From the NCBI GenBank assembly GCA_964016885.1, contig OZ024747.1, forward strand, positions 66,526,001 to 66,590,000: a DNA stretch of 64,000 nucleotides. The letters run 5' to 3'. Shown in pieces: positions 29,270 to 44,319 of the stretch (position 1 is its first letter; each line of letters opens with the position of its first letter). The DNA is from Eledone cirrhosa. Taxonomy: Eukaryota. A program made the translations under genes and the position numbers. Under the pieces are notes generated by a model, which made no database searches, had not been told where the DNA came from, and was given only the letters and a program-made list of their open reading frames with translations.

Positions 29270-30530
29270 AGAGTATTGAAGTTTGCTTGAAGCATTGTGG
29301 AATAATAAGTAAATAACGTGCCGACGTTTCTTTCAGTCGCTAGAATGGAGACACCAGTCGACAGAATAGGAGACACCAGACACAAGAGACAGAGAAGCAC
29401 CCAAGGCAAGTGCTTCCTTAAAATGCCACACCTGGGCGAGAATACCACCAACGCTATCCGCAAGGCTATACGGAGGGAGGGCCTCGACATCCACCTGGCC
29501 CACTCGGGCCCCTCCCTGCGAAGATGCCTCTCCAAGAAACCCGGGAAATCTACTGACGCATGCTCCCTCAGAGACTGCCCGATGCGCCATGCGAACTGTT
29601 GCCTACGCACATACGTCGTGTATAAGATAGAATGTGACAGGTGCAACCAATACTACATAGGTAGCACAATCCGACCTTTGCACATCCGGATCAAGCAACA
29701 CACTAAAACCAGGGCCTCGTCTTTCCGGAAACACATAGACAAATGCGGAAACAAAGACGGAAGGCCCATTGTCACAATTCTAGCGACTGAAAGAAACGTC
29801 GGCACGTTACGTATCAAGGAAGCGCTTTTTATCAAACGCCTGCAACCGCAAATAAACAACCGATTAGAGAGAAGCGAAATGAGATGGCTGGTTTAAGTTA
29901 ACAAACGATGTAGCAAAACACAACACACGCACACACAAACGAGACAACTACACACACGCACACAGTAGCATTCCACCATACGAACATACTACACTGCCAA
30001 TACAGAGGAACAAGGCAACAACACACGCACACACACACACACACACTCAAGCGAGACAACAACACACGCACACACACACACACAGTAACATTTAACAAAC
30101 AGGCAGAGAATGGACTGACAGCTAGCGCCACCTCACTCCCTCATTCGGCTGCTGACCTCTGCCCGACCGACCCCATTTCACGCGCACGCGCGCTCTGCCG
30201 AATACCTCAGATATTCAAAACAACAAACAGCGGAGGAAGCGTTTCGCACCTGTCCGACAGACAACCTTTACCCCGGATAAAACCCCCCAGTTGATGGATC
30301 TGAATCCGAAATATATAGGGACTATTAAATCTCTCCCAAGGTAACTCTCTCTTGTGTTGTTATTTTTATTTTATCCTTTATACTCTTCCCTTCTTTCTTC
30401 TACACATTTACACATCTTATACACACCACGCATCTCAACGTACATCCACTTACATCTCTCTCTCCACCACCGGATCTTGTTACCCGGAGATTTACCCATT
30501 TGCATTGTCGAGGCTTCCAAACGACTTAAA
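29268..30530 (+). mobile_element. 5'-truncated Penelope/Poseidon-like element in (TA)n
   Basis: GIY-YIG ORF plus 3' region; TA tracts at both ends. Confidence 0.8.
29347..29896 (+). pseudogene. PLE C-terminal GIY-YIG endonuclease fragment
   Basis: LKMPHLGE..AIRK, VVYKIECDRCNQYYIGSTIRPLHIRIKQH, LRIKEALFIKRLQPQINNR. Confidence 0.88.
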
Positions 30531-30539
30531 TATATATAT

Positions 30540-31905
30540 ATGCAAAAGTTTTATTTAAAATTGTTGGGTTACAACAAGTAAATATTTTATAACTGATATA
30601 AAGCGCTCGACAAGTTTTTGGAGTAGATATACGATATTAAACAAATGGAAACTATATTTATAAAACCATATTTATTTCATTATACATATTTCAGGGATAC
30701 CATATTAAAAATATGGCATGCCTTCGTCAGATAAAATACAATATATAAACAGTTTTATAAATAATTTTGACGTACCATAATATAAGCGACCATTAAATTT
30801 TTTTATGTATATATATAGTGACATTTTTTATAACACAAGAAATTCTTTTTATGACACAAGAAATTATAGAGTTGATCAGGTGAAGTCATGTGCATGTCTA
30901 TATTATTGACTAGAGTTAGACATAACTTTCTCTTTTTCTTTTTTCAGAAAGTACATATACGAGTATATATATATACATATATATTTCCGTATTTTTATAA
31001 ATAGGGTAATTTTTTGAAGGTTTATCTCAGATTTTGGTACATTGACCTCAGAGTTTTAAACTAAACATATGGTCATTATTGAACAAAGTTATTTTCTCAT
31101 ATTATATATCTATGTCTCATTCATGAATATTGATATTTGCATTCTATTATCCATTTCATATGAATTGATAATTCAAATTGATATGACATGACGTAAAGAT
31201 GTAACTGTATCCTTCTCTCTCTATATAGCTCTTTCTCCTCTCTCTTGTGCTTATCTTTATGTATGATGAAGTATTATGTATCTGTCGCTTTAGTTTTGCC
31301 TCTCTTATTTCTCTCTTATTTCTCTCTTGTTTCTTTTTCACTTCCCCCTATCTAGTTATATTTTCTCTCTCTCTTTCTTTTACTCCCCTCTCTCTCCGTT
31401 TTTTTCTTTATTTCCCTTTTTTTTTCTTTCTCTCCGTCTTTTCTCTAACTGTGCTTAACACTATAACTAAATAATTACTATCCTCTCTCTCTATATAGTA
31501 CTCCCTCTCTCTTGAGTCTCTCTATATGTATGGTGAATTATTATTTATCTGTTGCTTTCGGTTGCCTCTCTTTTTTCACCTCCTCCTATCTATTTATATA
31601 TCTTTTTTTCTCTCTCCCCCCTCTCTCTCTGTTTTTTCTTTACCTCCGTTTCTTCTTTCTCTCCGTTTTTTTTCTAACTGTGTTTAACACTATAACTAAA
31701 TAATTATAAACACATCACTACCCAGGCAGCTTCCTAATTTAATGGTCGCTTATATTATGGTACGTCAAAATTATTTATAAAACTGTTTATATATTGTATT
31801 TTATCTGACGAAGGCATGCCATATTTTTAATATGGTATCCCTGAAATATGTATAATGAAATAAATATGGTTTTATAAATATAGTTTCCATTTGTTTAATA
31901 TCGTA
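30540..31905 (+). mobile_element. Non-coding relative of the 8975-12060 PLE with inverted pLTR
   Basis: 170-bp inverted arms 30630-30799 / 31736-31905 homologous to the 8975 element arms; 31015-31170 similar to 11105-11255; extension on the left arm. Confidence 0.85.
31797..31862 (+). ncRNA. Hammerhead ribozyme motif
   Basis: tattttat CTGACGA agg..cct GAAAT ATGT ATA atgaaata. Confidence 0.75.
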
Positions 31906-32779
31906 TATATATATGAGAATATATATAATACGGGTAATTTTATATGTTACCCGATTAACAGTAAGAAAGTAGCTCAATGCAGAAATACAACATATGTTGT
32001 GCGTATATATATATATACACTCACACTCTTTATGTATTTATGTATATCAGCCAATTATGATATATTCGGGTAGAGCTTTCCTGAGAACATATCGGACTGC
32101 CTTTGCTCTGAAACAAGTTCTCGTGTTATTGGCAGGGAGTAGTGAAGGAAGAAGTTTTCCTAAAATCCTGAGCTGAATATTTTCGTTTATATCCTTAAAA
32201 ACGTTCATTTGGTTGTGTTAAACCCAGCAATATACAATAAAGAATGTGTTTTTTTTTTTAAAGGTTCAAAATAATAAACAGGAAGACAGAAAAAGAGAAA
32301 AATTGGTTGGAGGGGTGGGGGTGAGTTGGGAGGTAAACAAATTTAATAACGAAAAAAGGGAAAAAGGAGAGAGAGTGTACTCTATAGTTTTGGATAAGCA
32401 GAGAAAGTGGCGCATAGCAGACAAGGTGGCGAAAATAAACAGTGACAGTCGCTGCATCTGCAATACCACCGCACGATGTTCCTTGCTCAGGAGGAATGCA
32501 CTTCTGACTTTGTGGAGGAAAATGTCTGTCTAGTGACAGAGGACACAGGAAGCCACGATAGCAACCGGCATACTAAAGAAATGGTCAGTCAAAGCAAGGT
32601 ACTTAGTTATCTTTCGCCTCTCTGCTTTATAGAAGGCAGTGCTGAGGTTTGTGACTGCAGCAATCATTTTCTAAACTGTGTGATGGATTAAGTCTATCCC
32701 ACAAGTAGACAACAGCGGGATTTGAAGTCAAAACGCAAAGACGGAGAACAAACACCGCAGGGCATTTAGCCTCATGCTC

Positions 32780-33125
32780 TAATAATGGTTTCTTATGTAG
32801 ACACTAGGCTAGCAATTTTGGGGGAGGGGAAAGTCAATTAAATCAACCCCAGTGCGTGACTGGTACTTCATTTTATCAACCCCGTAAGGCTAAAAGGCAA
32901 AGTTAACCTCGACGGGAATTGAATTCTGATCATAAAGGGCCGTAACTCTATGCTGCAAAGCAGGGTGTCCGCCCTCTGATGCTCTAATAATCCTACCAAT
33001 CCACTGCCTTGGACCTCAACTGTATTTTACCGAAACCAAAAGGATGAAAAACAAAATTCACCTCGGCGAAATTTGAACTCAGAATCCATAGAACCATAAC
33101 AAACACCACAAAACATCTTGTCTGG
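32780..33125 (-). mobile_element. Tandem tRNA-derived SINE copies
   Basis: Family core and B-box complement (GGAATTGAATTCTGA; AAATTTGAACTCAGA). Confidence 0.75.
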
Positions 33126-33190
33126 CGATTTTTTTTGCTACTCTTCATATCTTCTTCCACGTTCACTAATTACCCACTACACACACACAG

Positions 33191-33858
<668 letters not shown>

Positions 33859-33951
33859 CATATATATATATACACATACATACATATATATATACACACA
33901 CACATATATATATATATGTATATATATATGTATGTATACATATATATACAG

Positions 33952-34049
<98 letters not shown>

Positions 34050-34549
34050 TGTATATATATACATACATATATATATACACACACACCCACCCACACACAT
34101 ATATATATATATTCGGATAAACATACATTTATCATATTTTCTCTCTCACTTCCTCTTACTCTCACTGTCCCTTTTATACTTTCTGGTGGATTATCGTTTA
34201 ACAACAAAAATAAATAAATAAAAACTGAATCAAATATAAAACAACAACAATATTAACAACAACAACATAAAACAAATAAAAGAGGCAATCAAAGAGACTG
34301 ATGATATCTATATCAAAATTTCATGTCAAATTGGTAGTTTGCCATTTCGGCATCGATTTTCGCATCGGTTGCCAAAAACTCTAAATCCGAGCACGTGACA
34401 CGTAGCATATGTCAAGTCTTTAAAACTGGGAAATAAATATGAAAAACTTCAAGAATCTAGACATAAAATTAAATCATTTTAGGGAGAAAAAATATATTGA
34501 TGAAAATAAATTGACACAAGAACAGATGAGTAAATGTAAATGGATGGGT

Positions 34550-34995
34550 TGTAACAGCTCCTAACTATGTAAGTTTAACTGGCCTCTTACAATGCTGTAT
34601 CTTATAGAAGTGTTCCTGGGTAGTTTTGATGATAGAAGCCTGTGTCCTATCATGTTACAGCTCATATCTATGTAGTTTTAACCGGCCTCATACAATGTTG
34701 TATCTTACAGAAATGTTCCCAGAGGTAGTTTAATGATAGAGGCCCGTGTCCTATCATGTTGTTACAGATCACAATTATGTAGTTTTAACCGGCCTCATAC
34801 AATGCTGTATCTTACAGAAATGTTCCCAGGGGTAGTTTAATGATAGAGGCCCGTGTCCTGTCATGTTGTTACAGCTCACAACTATGTAAGTTTAATCGGC
34901 CTCTTACAATATTGTATCTGATAGAAGTTTTCCTATCAAGTTGTTATTACAGCTCATATCTCTGTAGGTTTAGCTGGCGTATTATAATGTTGCAT
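34550..34995. repeat. Tandem repeat, about 105-bp unit, about 4 copies
   Basis: Recurring ACAGCTCA..TATGTA..TTTAACCGGCCTCATACAATG.TGTATCTTACAGAAATGTTCC..GATAGAGGCCCGTGTCCT. Confidence 0.85.
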
Positions 34996-35982
34996 TTCAG
35001 ATGTTTCGCGAAAAAACTCTCTCATAGACTGGACACCTGCTCATTGCAAGGGCTAACCCGGAGCTGCTGTTGCTGCTGCTGGTGGTAATACTTTTTCTCC
35101 AGATGAGTGGATTGGAACCATCTGAAAAGAAGTGTGCGTCCAAGAAAACAATGCGCCGCTCGGTTCAGGAATCAAACCCAAGACCTTATGATAATGAGTC
35201 GAACACTCTAATAATCACTATGGAATGCGTTTTCATTACGGACTGTTAGTTAGAATCACATCAACACTGGTGAGACAGATTTAGGATCAAAGATACCCCA
35301 ACTGTGGTCATTGTGCTTTCTTTTGAACTGTATATGACAACACTATCCAACGCGTCCTTATTGAGGAAGATGCTAGGGTGTCATTTGAAGAGAAATTTGG
35401 CTGATACTTCTTCAAGGTCGAAAGTTAAGTCAGGATATGTATAACCCCAGGACACATTGACGATGATACGTGTTTCAGCTATGACCCTTACATCTTGTTA
35501 TTTCTGGTAAAACAAATGTTGGACTGCATAATGCACTGGGTAATTGCTGGCCTAGTGCCAAAAGTAGAAACAATTATTTAATGTATACTTCCGATTTTTA
35601 AATGGTAACTTATGATTTGAAGGATGATTTGGCTGCTGTTTCTAGCAGGCTAAGTGACTACGTAGATCCTCTTTCATTGATTCAAGGCTTGGTGTTTAAC
35701 CCCAGGTCAGTTTTGATCAAGTGATAAGGAAATGATGTGCATGAGAGTTAGGATGCGAGGTAAAAATACTGAATAGGTATGAGAGTGAGAAAGTCAGTAA
35801 AAGTACTAAAATTTGCACTTAATTCCACTAATGAATAAAACACAGAGAAACTATGTCACACGCTGTAGGAAACTCTGAACCCAACACTACATTTATTTAC
35901 ACTACAAGATCTTTTACAGTTCACAATGGGTGTCCATTAAAGGAGATATATGTATATATATACACACACACACCACATACAC

Positions 35983-36017
<35 letters not shown>

Positions 36018-36487
36018 ATAAAATGGGGAGAAAAATACTGCTGGTAGCACATGGATAACATGTAATAAAATAAGTCCCTCATCAGTGATTTGCCGACGAT
36101 CATAGATATTTCATTGCATTAAAAATCATATACCTCACGTCGGTGCAATAATAACTAAATTAAGTTATTAGGACAATTAAAACGCGTAAAGCGAGTGAGA
36201 CAGGAAAACAACAAAGAGTAGAGCTAACCGTAGAAGGAAGGACACAAGCTTCATAGTTATTCTGTTAGCATAAGCTAGGTGAATATATGAGCGCTTAGAA
36301 AAAAGACCTTTCGCGAACGAATGCAATGTGAGAAAGAGAGAAATTGCTTTCGTTGCGAACGGGGTGAAGTGAGGAGAGGAGAAACAGTGAGTGAGTGAGT
36401 GGAAGTGTGAGGAAGAGTTAACTGACATGACAGAGGGGGCGAAAGAAAGTAGGAGAAACAGAGAGAATGAGGGAGATATATATATAT

Positions 36488-37095
36488 ATGTAGGAGGTGA
36501 GTTTTATTGTAGAACAATAAAACTATGCATATATCAGATAAGTAGCACTCAACAGTTGATAGAACTGTAGTATATATAGAAGAAATTAAAAGATGGTTAA
36601 AAAAGTTCCATATATTTTATTATGCGTATTTCAAAAACAAATATCATCCTGGGACGATAATTGCGTTCTCATCAGATAAAATAAGGCAACATGATTTGGT
36701 GCCTAAAAAAGATGTAAATAAGAAAGTGTCCAGTCAACATATGACAAAAAAATAGAAAAGGAGAGAGAAGATTGGAAAAAAAGAAGGAAAAGGGAAAAGG
36801 AAAAAGACACAAGAGAGAAGGAGAAAATAACGGAGGAAAAATTGTTATTTTCTCCTTCTCTCTTATGTCTTTTTCCTTTTCCCTCTTCCTTTTTTTTTTC
36901 AATCTTCTCCCTCCTTTTATATTTTTTTGTCATATGTTGACTGGACACTTTCTTATTTACATCTTTTTTAGGCACCAAATCATGTTGCCTTATTTTATCT
37001 GATGAGAACGCAATTATCGTCCCAGGATGATATTTGTTTTTGAAATGCGCATAATAAAATATATGGAACTTTTTTAACCATCTTTTAATTTCTTC
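36488..37095. mobile_element. Fold-back PLE pLTR insertion in (TA)n, extension on the left
   Basis: About 255-bp inverted arms (about 36579-37095); extension is homologous to the reverse complement of 33645-33732. Confidence 0.85.
36991..37061 (+). ncRNA. Type I hammerhead ribozyme motif
   Basis: tattttat CTGATGA gaacgcaattatcgtc..gatgatatttgttttt GAAAT GCGC ATA ataaaata. Confidence 0.85.
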
Positions 37096-37243
<148 letters not shown>

Positions 37244-37929
37244 GTTGGTTTCTCAGCTTTGAACACCGAGTTTCTTAAGATAGTTGGGTGTGGTTTAAGA
37301 GAGATTCGGCTATTATTTCCAGCATGTCGAATGACCACATGGAAGTTCCTTCGTAAGCTACAATATGAATAAGTTGTGTAGAAGAGAATATAGTTTGGAG
37401 ATATGCAGTTAACTTATCATTATACCTCGTTGGTGTTGTTAAAGCGAGTAACGGATTAAGTTTACAACTCAAGAACCCAGATCGAAAAGAGCCGGAACGA
37501 ACACTGCCTGGTATCTCATCTGGCATTTAAGGAATTCTGTCAATCTACTCACTGGACTGGAACGTTATTTTATCTACTTCGAAATGACGAAAGGCAAATA
37601 TTACGTCGGCGGGATTTGAACTCAGAATGCAAAGAATAGCAAAAAATATCTCCTCCCATACAAGATATTGTGCATTACGCTCTGATGACTTTTCCGCCAA
37701 CTCATCCACTTTGTTTACGAGCTAGAAAATATCCTTAGCCCAAAAGTCAGCATCATTATTTCTCTCATCTTTCATCTTTAATCAGAGACGAAGAGCAATG
37801 TCCCTAATATTATATTTTCCACGCAGTACGTCCATTAAACATATATTATTCTTCTGACTTTTTCTAACATATTGATAGATATTGATTTCACCAGTACTTT
37901 TTGCTCATCAAATATGTTTTAGTCGGTCC

Positions 37930-38140
<211 letters not shown>

Positions 38141-38581
38141 CTATCCTAGCTGTCGTCTGTTCTACAGCGTAGATGTAATTCATTTCGCGCAGAAGTTTTG
38201 TTCAAATTTATTGCGGAAATTTTGTAAGTTCAAATTTAATTTTGATACTATTGTGTAGCTTGACCCCCCGTCTGAACTGTCAGGCGGTGGGTCAGCTCAT
38301 CTTTACCCCTCCTAGTGGTGAAAAACCTGTTTTTTAAAATTTTGTGGCAAAAAAATTTCAACCGTCTGACAGAAATGTTAAACGAAGCGAACGAAAATAG
38401 TAGTGGGGGGACAGCGGTAAGAGTTGTAAGCTCGCACGCTTTAGTCCCCCCCTTCCTTCCCAACTAACGTCATAGAGAAGGAAGGAAAAAATAAAATAAA
38501 AACAGACGAATCTGCGGAGAAAAATGACGAAAACACAAATCTGGACATGGATTCCAACAACGAAAAAAAAAATTTGAAAAA

Positions 38582-39950
38582 TTGCATGACAATATTAATA
38601 CCACAAACAAAGACACAACAAACACAAAAATAACATTTGAAAACAACATCATAACAGAAAGCAAAGCAGACGACAAAGTCAACACCAACAAGATTTCATT
38701 TGCACAAACAACAAAGAAATCTCTGATGTATATACCTGAAAATATTTCAGATGTGGCACAAAGAATCACAGACGCCAAACAATACATAAGTGAAGGAGAG
38801 AATGGTATTTTATCGGTAAAAATGCCTCAAGAACTCACCAAAGACATTGAAAGTCGAACGGTCGTGTTCCGCACCATCAACAACACTTCTAAAAAACCTG
38901 AACAGCCAACTCATACAGATATCAAAACAGTACTCACAGAAGTACTTAATGAAACCACTTTCATAAGAAAAGACAGACTGTATGGAAGCCTAGCAATTAT
39001 TATGAAGAACGAAGCGGCGGCAAAAAAATGTGCTTTGTCACCGATTTGTTCGAAAAATTTTACCTTTTATGCATCTTATATGGGTAAAAGAACTCAACGC
39101 ATATGGCTGGATGCAATGATGCCAGTTGTGGACTACTGCTGGCTCATAGCTGGCTTCATCGATCCAGTGAATGACAACGTGATTTCCATTGGGAAAACCA
39201 CAGGCAATGCGTTCAGTGGAACAGGTATAGAGCTTGTAGTGCAAATGAAGCCTGAACGTATCGCCCAAATACCCGACAGAATCCTATTAGAGGGCCACGG
39301 GTATACAAACATTAGCGTGGAGGGGAGAAGGCCGTCCTGTCATATCTGTGCAGGCAGAGGGCACCTGAAGGCTGCTTGTCCCCAACTCAACAAAAAGAAA
39401 ACCCTGCTACCAACACCAGCTCCACCACCACCACCACAACAGATAAACAAACAACAAAACTCAGTCCCACCCAACCCGTCCCTCAGTAAAACTACACCAC
39501 CACCACAACACAAACAGTCACAACACATTACCCCAAAACAAAATACAGGTCCACCCAACCTCTCACTCAATAAAACAACACAACCACCGAAGCCACAACA
39601 CACAACACAGTCTAACATAGTGACATCCATCTCCCCCACAAAGAAAACCAACACGGAAACATGACCAGCAAACATACCTCTTCCCTCCAACACTGAAGAT
39701 AACCCAACGAATTCGGAGGAAGAAACGGAGTCCTTCAGACAGATTAAAAGGAAAAAAAGAAAACATGTGCAAAACACACAAGGCCAAACAAGCCCCACCC
39801 AAATGTCAACACAATCCAACAAAACACAAAACACCCCTCCAGCAACAAACAAAACCAAACCTGCCGCTCTCCCCTCTTCGAAACACTCACACCATCCGAA
39901 AAAAAGACATTACACTATACTTACATCAACAGAAACAATAATAAATTAAA
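38582..39950 (+). pseudogene. LINE ORF1 (gag-like), interrupted by in-frame TGA at 39662-39664
   Basis: CHICAGRGHLKAAC = CX2CX4HX4C knuckle; Pro/Gln/Thr-rich tail continues in frame past the stop. Confidence 0.8.
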
Positions 39951-40144
39951 TGAACTCATAAACAATAATCCTTCGGTACAAACCGAAGGTGTAAACTTTG
40001 TTTCTTCAGAAAACTACCCACATTTAAAATTAATAAAGATCCCAATGAACCTCTACCAAAAACTAAAAAAGGATTTTAAGGAGGACGTAGGACCACCCTC
40101 TGTCAAACCCCTAAACCGCGTCCTACTAAAAAGCTGGCCCCTAC

Positions 40145-43100
40145 CTTCGATGACTTTGAGGTGCATGCATCTCTCTGTCAACCTGGAGGTGGGGGTGGGG
40201 TTGTCGTACTGCTGCAAAAACACCTGGGTCTTGCCGTACAGGTTGTGCACTCGGACCCGGGGGGTCGTTTGTTGGTGCTAGACGTTGGCAGTAGTGAAGG
40301 TGCGGCCTTGAGACTGGTCGCCGTCTACTCCCCTTTCGGAGCTGAACGGCCCGACTTCTTCCAGCGTTTGGAGACTTTTCTGGGAACGTCGCGTTCCCTG
40401 CTTCTAGCGGGGGATTGTAATGACATCCTAGATGCACGTTGGGACTATGCAGGAGCATGTCCTAATAGAAGGGGGTGTAACAGCCTCAAGGGGTTACTCG
40501 ACCGTTTTAACTTGGTCGATAGATATCGACTAGATTTTCCAACTGTGCCTATCTGGACTTGGAGAAACCACAGTGGTCAATCTAGATCGCACTTAGATAG
40601 ATTCTTAGTTAGAAGTAAGGATGGGGACATATTAAGCTGTCCAGAAATGCGCACGGTTGGCTATACAGATCACAAATTAGTGACCTGCGTAGTCAATCTC
40701 GAGAAAACACATAAACAGGGTCCCGGTTACTGGAAACTTAATTTGTCTTTACCGGCAAAAGAGACTTACAGAAACCGGATTAGCAGATCAGTTAAGGAGA
40801 GGTTGACGGGTGCAATCGTCAACAACCGATGGTGGGCATCTCTCAAAAGAGAGATTAGAACAGAATCAATAAGTTATAGCAAGATGTTAGCTGCCGATAG
40901 GAATAGAAACGAGAAAGAATTAACAGGTAAATTAGAAGAGGCAATCAAGAGCGAAGATGTGGCCAGAGTGCTGGCATCGAGGACGGCCTTGAACCAGTTT
41001 TTCGATGCAAAGCACGAAGGCTGCGTCATTCGAAGTAAAATACGTGCTCTAGGTAATGAGGGGGCCAAAGCCGTTGGCTGGGCCCGCGTGACAGAAGCTA
41101 AGAGTGGAAATCGATCCACCATCCGGTCATTGCAAGACGAGGATGGACGGGTGATCCGGGAGCCTAAGCAGATGTGCGAGACCTTTCAAAGGCACTTTGC
41201 CCGATTATTCGGGGGAGGCGAGGGTCCGGGCGGGGACGTGGATTTCGGTTCATACCTCGACGGCCTGCCGCGTCTCTCGAGCGAAGAGGCAGAGTCCTGC
41301 GAGGGACCAATCTCGGCTGATGAGATCGGAGATGCGCTGAGCCAATGCAGCAGACGCAAATCTCCAGGTCTCGATGGTATACCTTACGAACTTTATTTAG
41401 CAATGCCGGTCTTCTTCTCCGAACTCCTCGAAGCGGTCTACTGCAATTGGCAGCAGAACGGGAGAATTCCTTGTTCTGTAGCCAAGGGCGTAGTCTCGCT
41501 GGTGAGGAAGGACGAGAACAGGGGGGATAGTATAAATAATTTTCGGCCCATAACCCTGCTAAACACAGAGTTAAAGATTTTGACCAAGGTGTTAGCAAAG
41601 AGGTTGACGCTTGTCGTGGGTGGCCTGGTGGGAGATGCGCAGACATGTGCTATCCCATCCAGGTCCATTCACGATAACCTCCACCTCATGCGATACATCA
41701 TAGAGAGGGTTGGCAACAAACCCGGCTTCGGTGGGCCCTGATCAACTTGGATCAGTCTAAGGCCTTCGATAGGGTCGACCATGGTTACCTGGATGCGGTG
41801 CTAGCGGCGGCTGGGTTCGGTCCTGTTTTCAGAGGCTGGATCACTGCCTTACATAGCAACCACATCTGTTCTAGGATCAAGGTGAACGGCTACCTTTCGA
41901 AGCCGTTCGAAATCACACGATCCATTCGACAGGGGTGCCCTCTCTCCTCCCTTCTGTACGTATTGACTCTCGAGCCTTTACTGAGGAAGTTAGAGTTGTT
42001 GCAGGGTATCCCCCTGGAACCAGGATTGAGCAAAGCGGTGTCGGCCTACGCTGATGACGTAACAGTAATGGTATCGACCGACTCGGAAATCGAGGCGATC
42101 GGTACCTTACTGGAGGATTACGAAAGGTTGTCAGGAGCGAAACTGAACCGGGAAAAATCCATCGGGCTGCAACTCGGAACGTGGAGAGGCAGACCGATGC
42201 CTCCCGACGGTGTCGTCGGACACTGGACGGAGGGCCCGGTAAAGTTGCTTGGGGTCTGGTTTGGACCGGACCTCCAGGTGGAAAAGAACTGGGACGAGGT
42301 TACGAACAAGGTGTTTGCACTAACCCAGAAATGGGCCAAGTGTAAGCTGTCCCTAAAAGGCCGGGCGGAGGTGGCGAACATTTACATAGCGTCCGTCACT
42401 TACTACCGCCTGACTGTCGTGCCTTGCCCTAAGGAAACACTCACCACCATGGAACGCATGCTCTTCCAATTTCTTTGGAAGAAGCACCCTCCTATGGTGA
42501 GAAGATCCATCTGCTGCCAACAACCTTCGAAAGGAGGGCTGGGGATGCCGTGGTTGATGATGCGTAGGCACGCATTAAGGCTACGGCACCTACAGGTATT
42601 CCTCAATGGTCAACCGGTGTGGGCTCCGTTCGTGAAACGAGCCTTTCCGAGACTCGTCTCGCTCACCGAGCTGCAGTCCTGGGTCAAGCAAAGATCCGGA
42701 AAACTGGGAGACTGGCACACTGAGTGTGCTCAGGCGCCCAGGGCTCTCTGGCAAGCGGGCCAGGCCATCGGTGGAGAATCCACCTCATCATTCTATAGAG
42801 GGCTGGTGGCTAGCAGGGGCGATGATACCCTTGGAGAGTCGCTGGACATGGAAGAGGACGAACTGGCCAGCCTGTTCGGTAGGACTTTCGGCCCGGGACC
42901 AATGGACAACTTCCAGAAGTCACTAGCCTGGCAGTGCTACCGGGGGGCTCTACCCGTTCAAGAGAGGCTCTACAGACACGGGCGCCCGGGCAGGGATCCC
43001 TCAAAAAAGATTTGCCCTAGATACGTGCGTCACGAAGAAACCGTTGCGCACGCATTGGTGCAATGTCCGGGCGTGGCTGATCTGTGGGGCTACGCCGAAC

Positions 43101-43429
43101 GACTGCTGTCGCGGGTGGCGCCGATTCAATTGACCGCTGAGTCCGTGATGACAATCAAACCGCCTCCCCTCTTCACAAAGGAAGCAAAGGCGGTTTTTCT
43201 GTGCGTAATAGCCATGTTGAAAGAGGTTGTTTGGTGGACACGATTGAAAGGTCTGAGGTCAGGCAACTTCCTCTCTGGCCATAGTCTGGTCTACTTCTTC
43301 CGATATCACTTCGGAAGAAGGATAAGAATGGAGAGAGAGGTGCTTGGCCACAGGCAGTTTTATGAAAGGTGGGTGATAGTGGCGAGAATGGCTCGTGTAA
43401 ATAGGCCTTCTCTGTATACCCTCCTGTAG
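40145..43429 (+). pseudogene. LINE ORF2: APE endonuclease + reverse transcriptase, frameshifted at about 41735
   Basis: GDCN, SHLDRF, TDH, YWKLN, SPGLDGIP, NFRPITLLNTELKI, DQSKAFDRV, QGCPLS, YADD, ETVAHALVQCP; restoring one G at GGTGGG^CCCTG gives GGALINLDQ. Confidence 0.93.
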
Positions 43430-43674
43430 GTAAAGAAGTGAAGGAGAGGGGAGCACCTTCTCCATGTGCTCCCCGGGCAAAGGATTGCACACTTTTTCGG
43501 GGGTGTGTGCAACCCCCATCACGTCCCCTCCCTTTTGAGGTTATTTTCGATTATTTTCATTTTATACCCTTTTTACTCGATTGTATGTAAACTCCCCCTT
43601 TGTATTTGTCCCTTCTTTTTATGCCTTTATGGTAAATAAATAAATCTATCTATCTATCTATGGTGGATTGTCAA

Positions 43675-43895
43675 GGGCGGTGGATTGGCAGTATCGGTAG
43701 AGGGTCTGACGCCATGCTTTGCAGCATAGAGTTACGGCCCTTTATGATCTGAGTTCAAATCCCGCCGAGGCTAATTTTCCTTTCATCCTTACGGGGTTGA
43801 TAAAATAAAGTAGCAGTCACAGACTGGGGTCGATTTAATCGACTTTCCCCTCCCCCAATTGCTGGCCTTGTTCCTATATAAGAAACCATTATTAG
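43675..43895 (+). mobile_element. Best-preserved tRNA-derived SINE (central domain resembles Meta/MESC-type SINE cores)
   Basis: A-box TGGCAGTATCGG, B-box GAGTTCAAATCC, core CCTTTCATCCTTACGGGGTTGATAAAATAAAGTAGCAG; more than 12 copies in the window. Confidence 0.85.
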
Positions 43896-43923
43896 TAACG
43901 CCCCTGTGGCAAATAAAGAAAGA

Positions 43924-44010
<87 letters not shown>

Positions 44011-44319
44011 CCTATAATGGACAGCCGTGGTGAATCCTAAACATCTTGTATTGTAAATAAATGAAATGTTAATGGCTAAACTGGTTGGGTTCCGGGTTTC
44101 TCACAGTTTGACACAGTTTCTGTGTTTTCTATTCCTTAGTGGAACTAAGTGCAAATTCCTGTAAATTTTATGCGCTTTCAAATTCTCATTCTCATTTTCC
44201 TTCTTTTTCTTTGCAATCGTTTCGTATCCACATCCATCTATCTGTCTGCCTCTTCTGAGAGAGAGAAAGATAGAAAGTGAGAGAGAAATAAGGTAGTGTA
44301 TAGGTAGTATATATGATTT

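Larger units (their letters stand above)
38145..43644 (+). mobile_element. L1/Tx1-like LINE inserted in (TCTA)n
   Basis: 5' UTR, ORF1 with zinc knuckle, ORF2 with APE + RT + C-terminal Cys/His motif, T-rich 3' UTR ending (TAAA)3 then TCTATC. Confidence 0.9.

Noticed and set aside
30285-30322. Hammerhead in the Poseidon-like 3' region (gga..tcc GAAATATATA ggg)
   Set aside because: The 5' core is too degenerate to call, though a decayed motif is plausible
43675-43770. tRNA gene
   Set aside because: A/B boxes lead into a SINE body present in many copies; no clean cloverleaf
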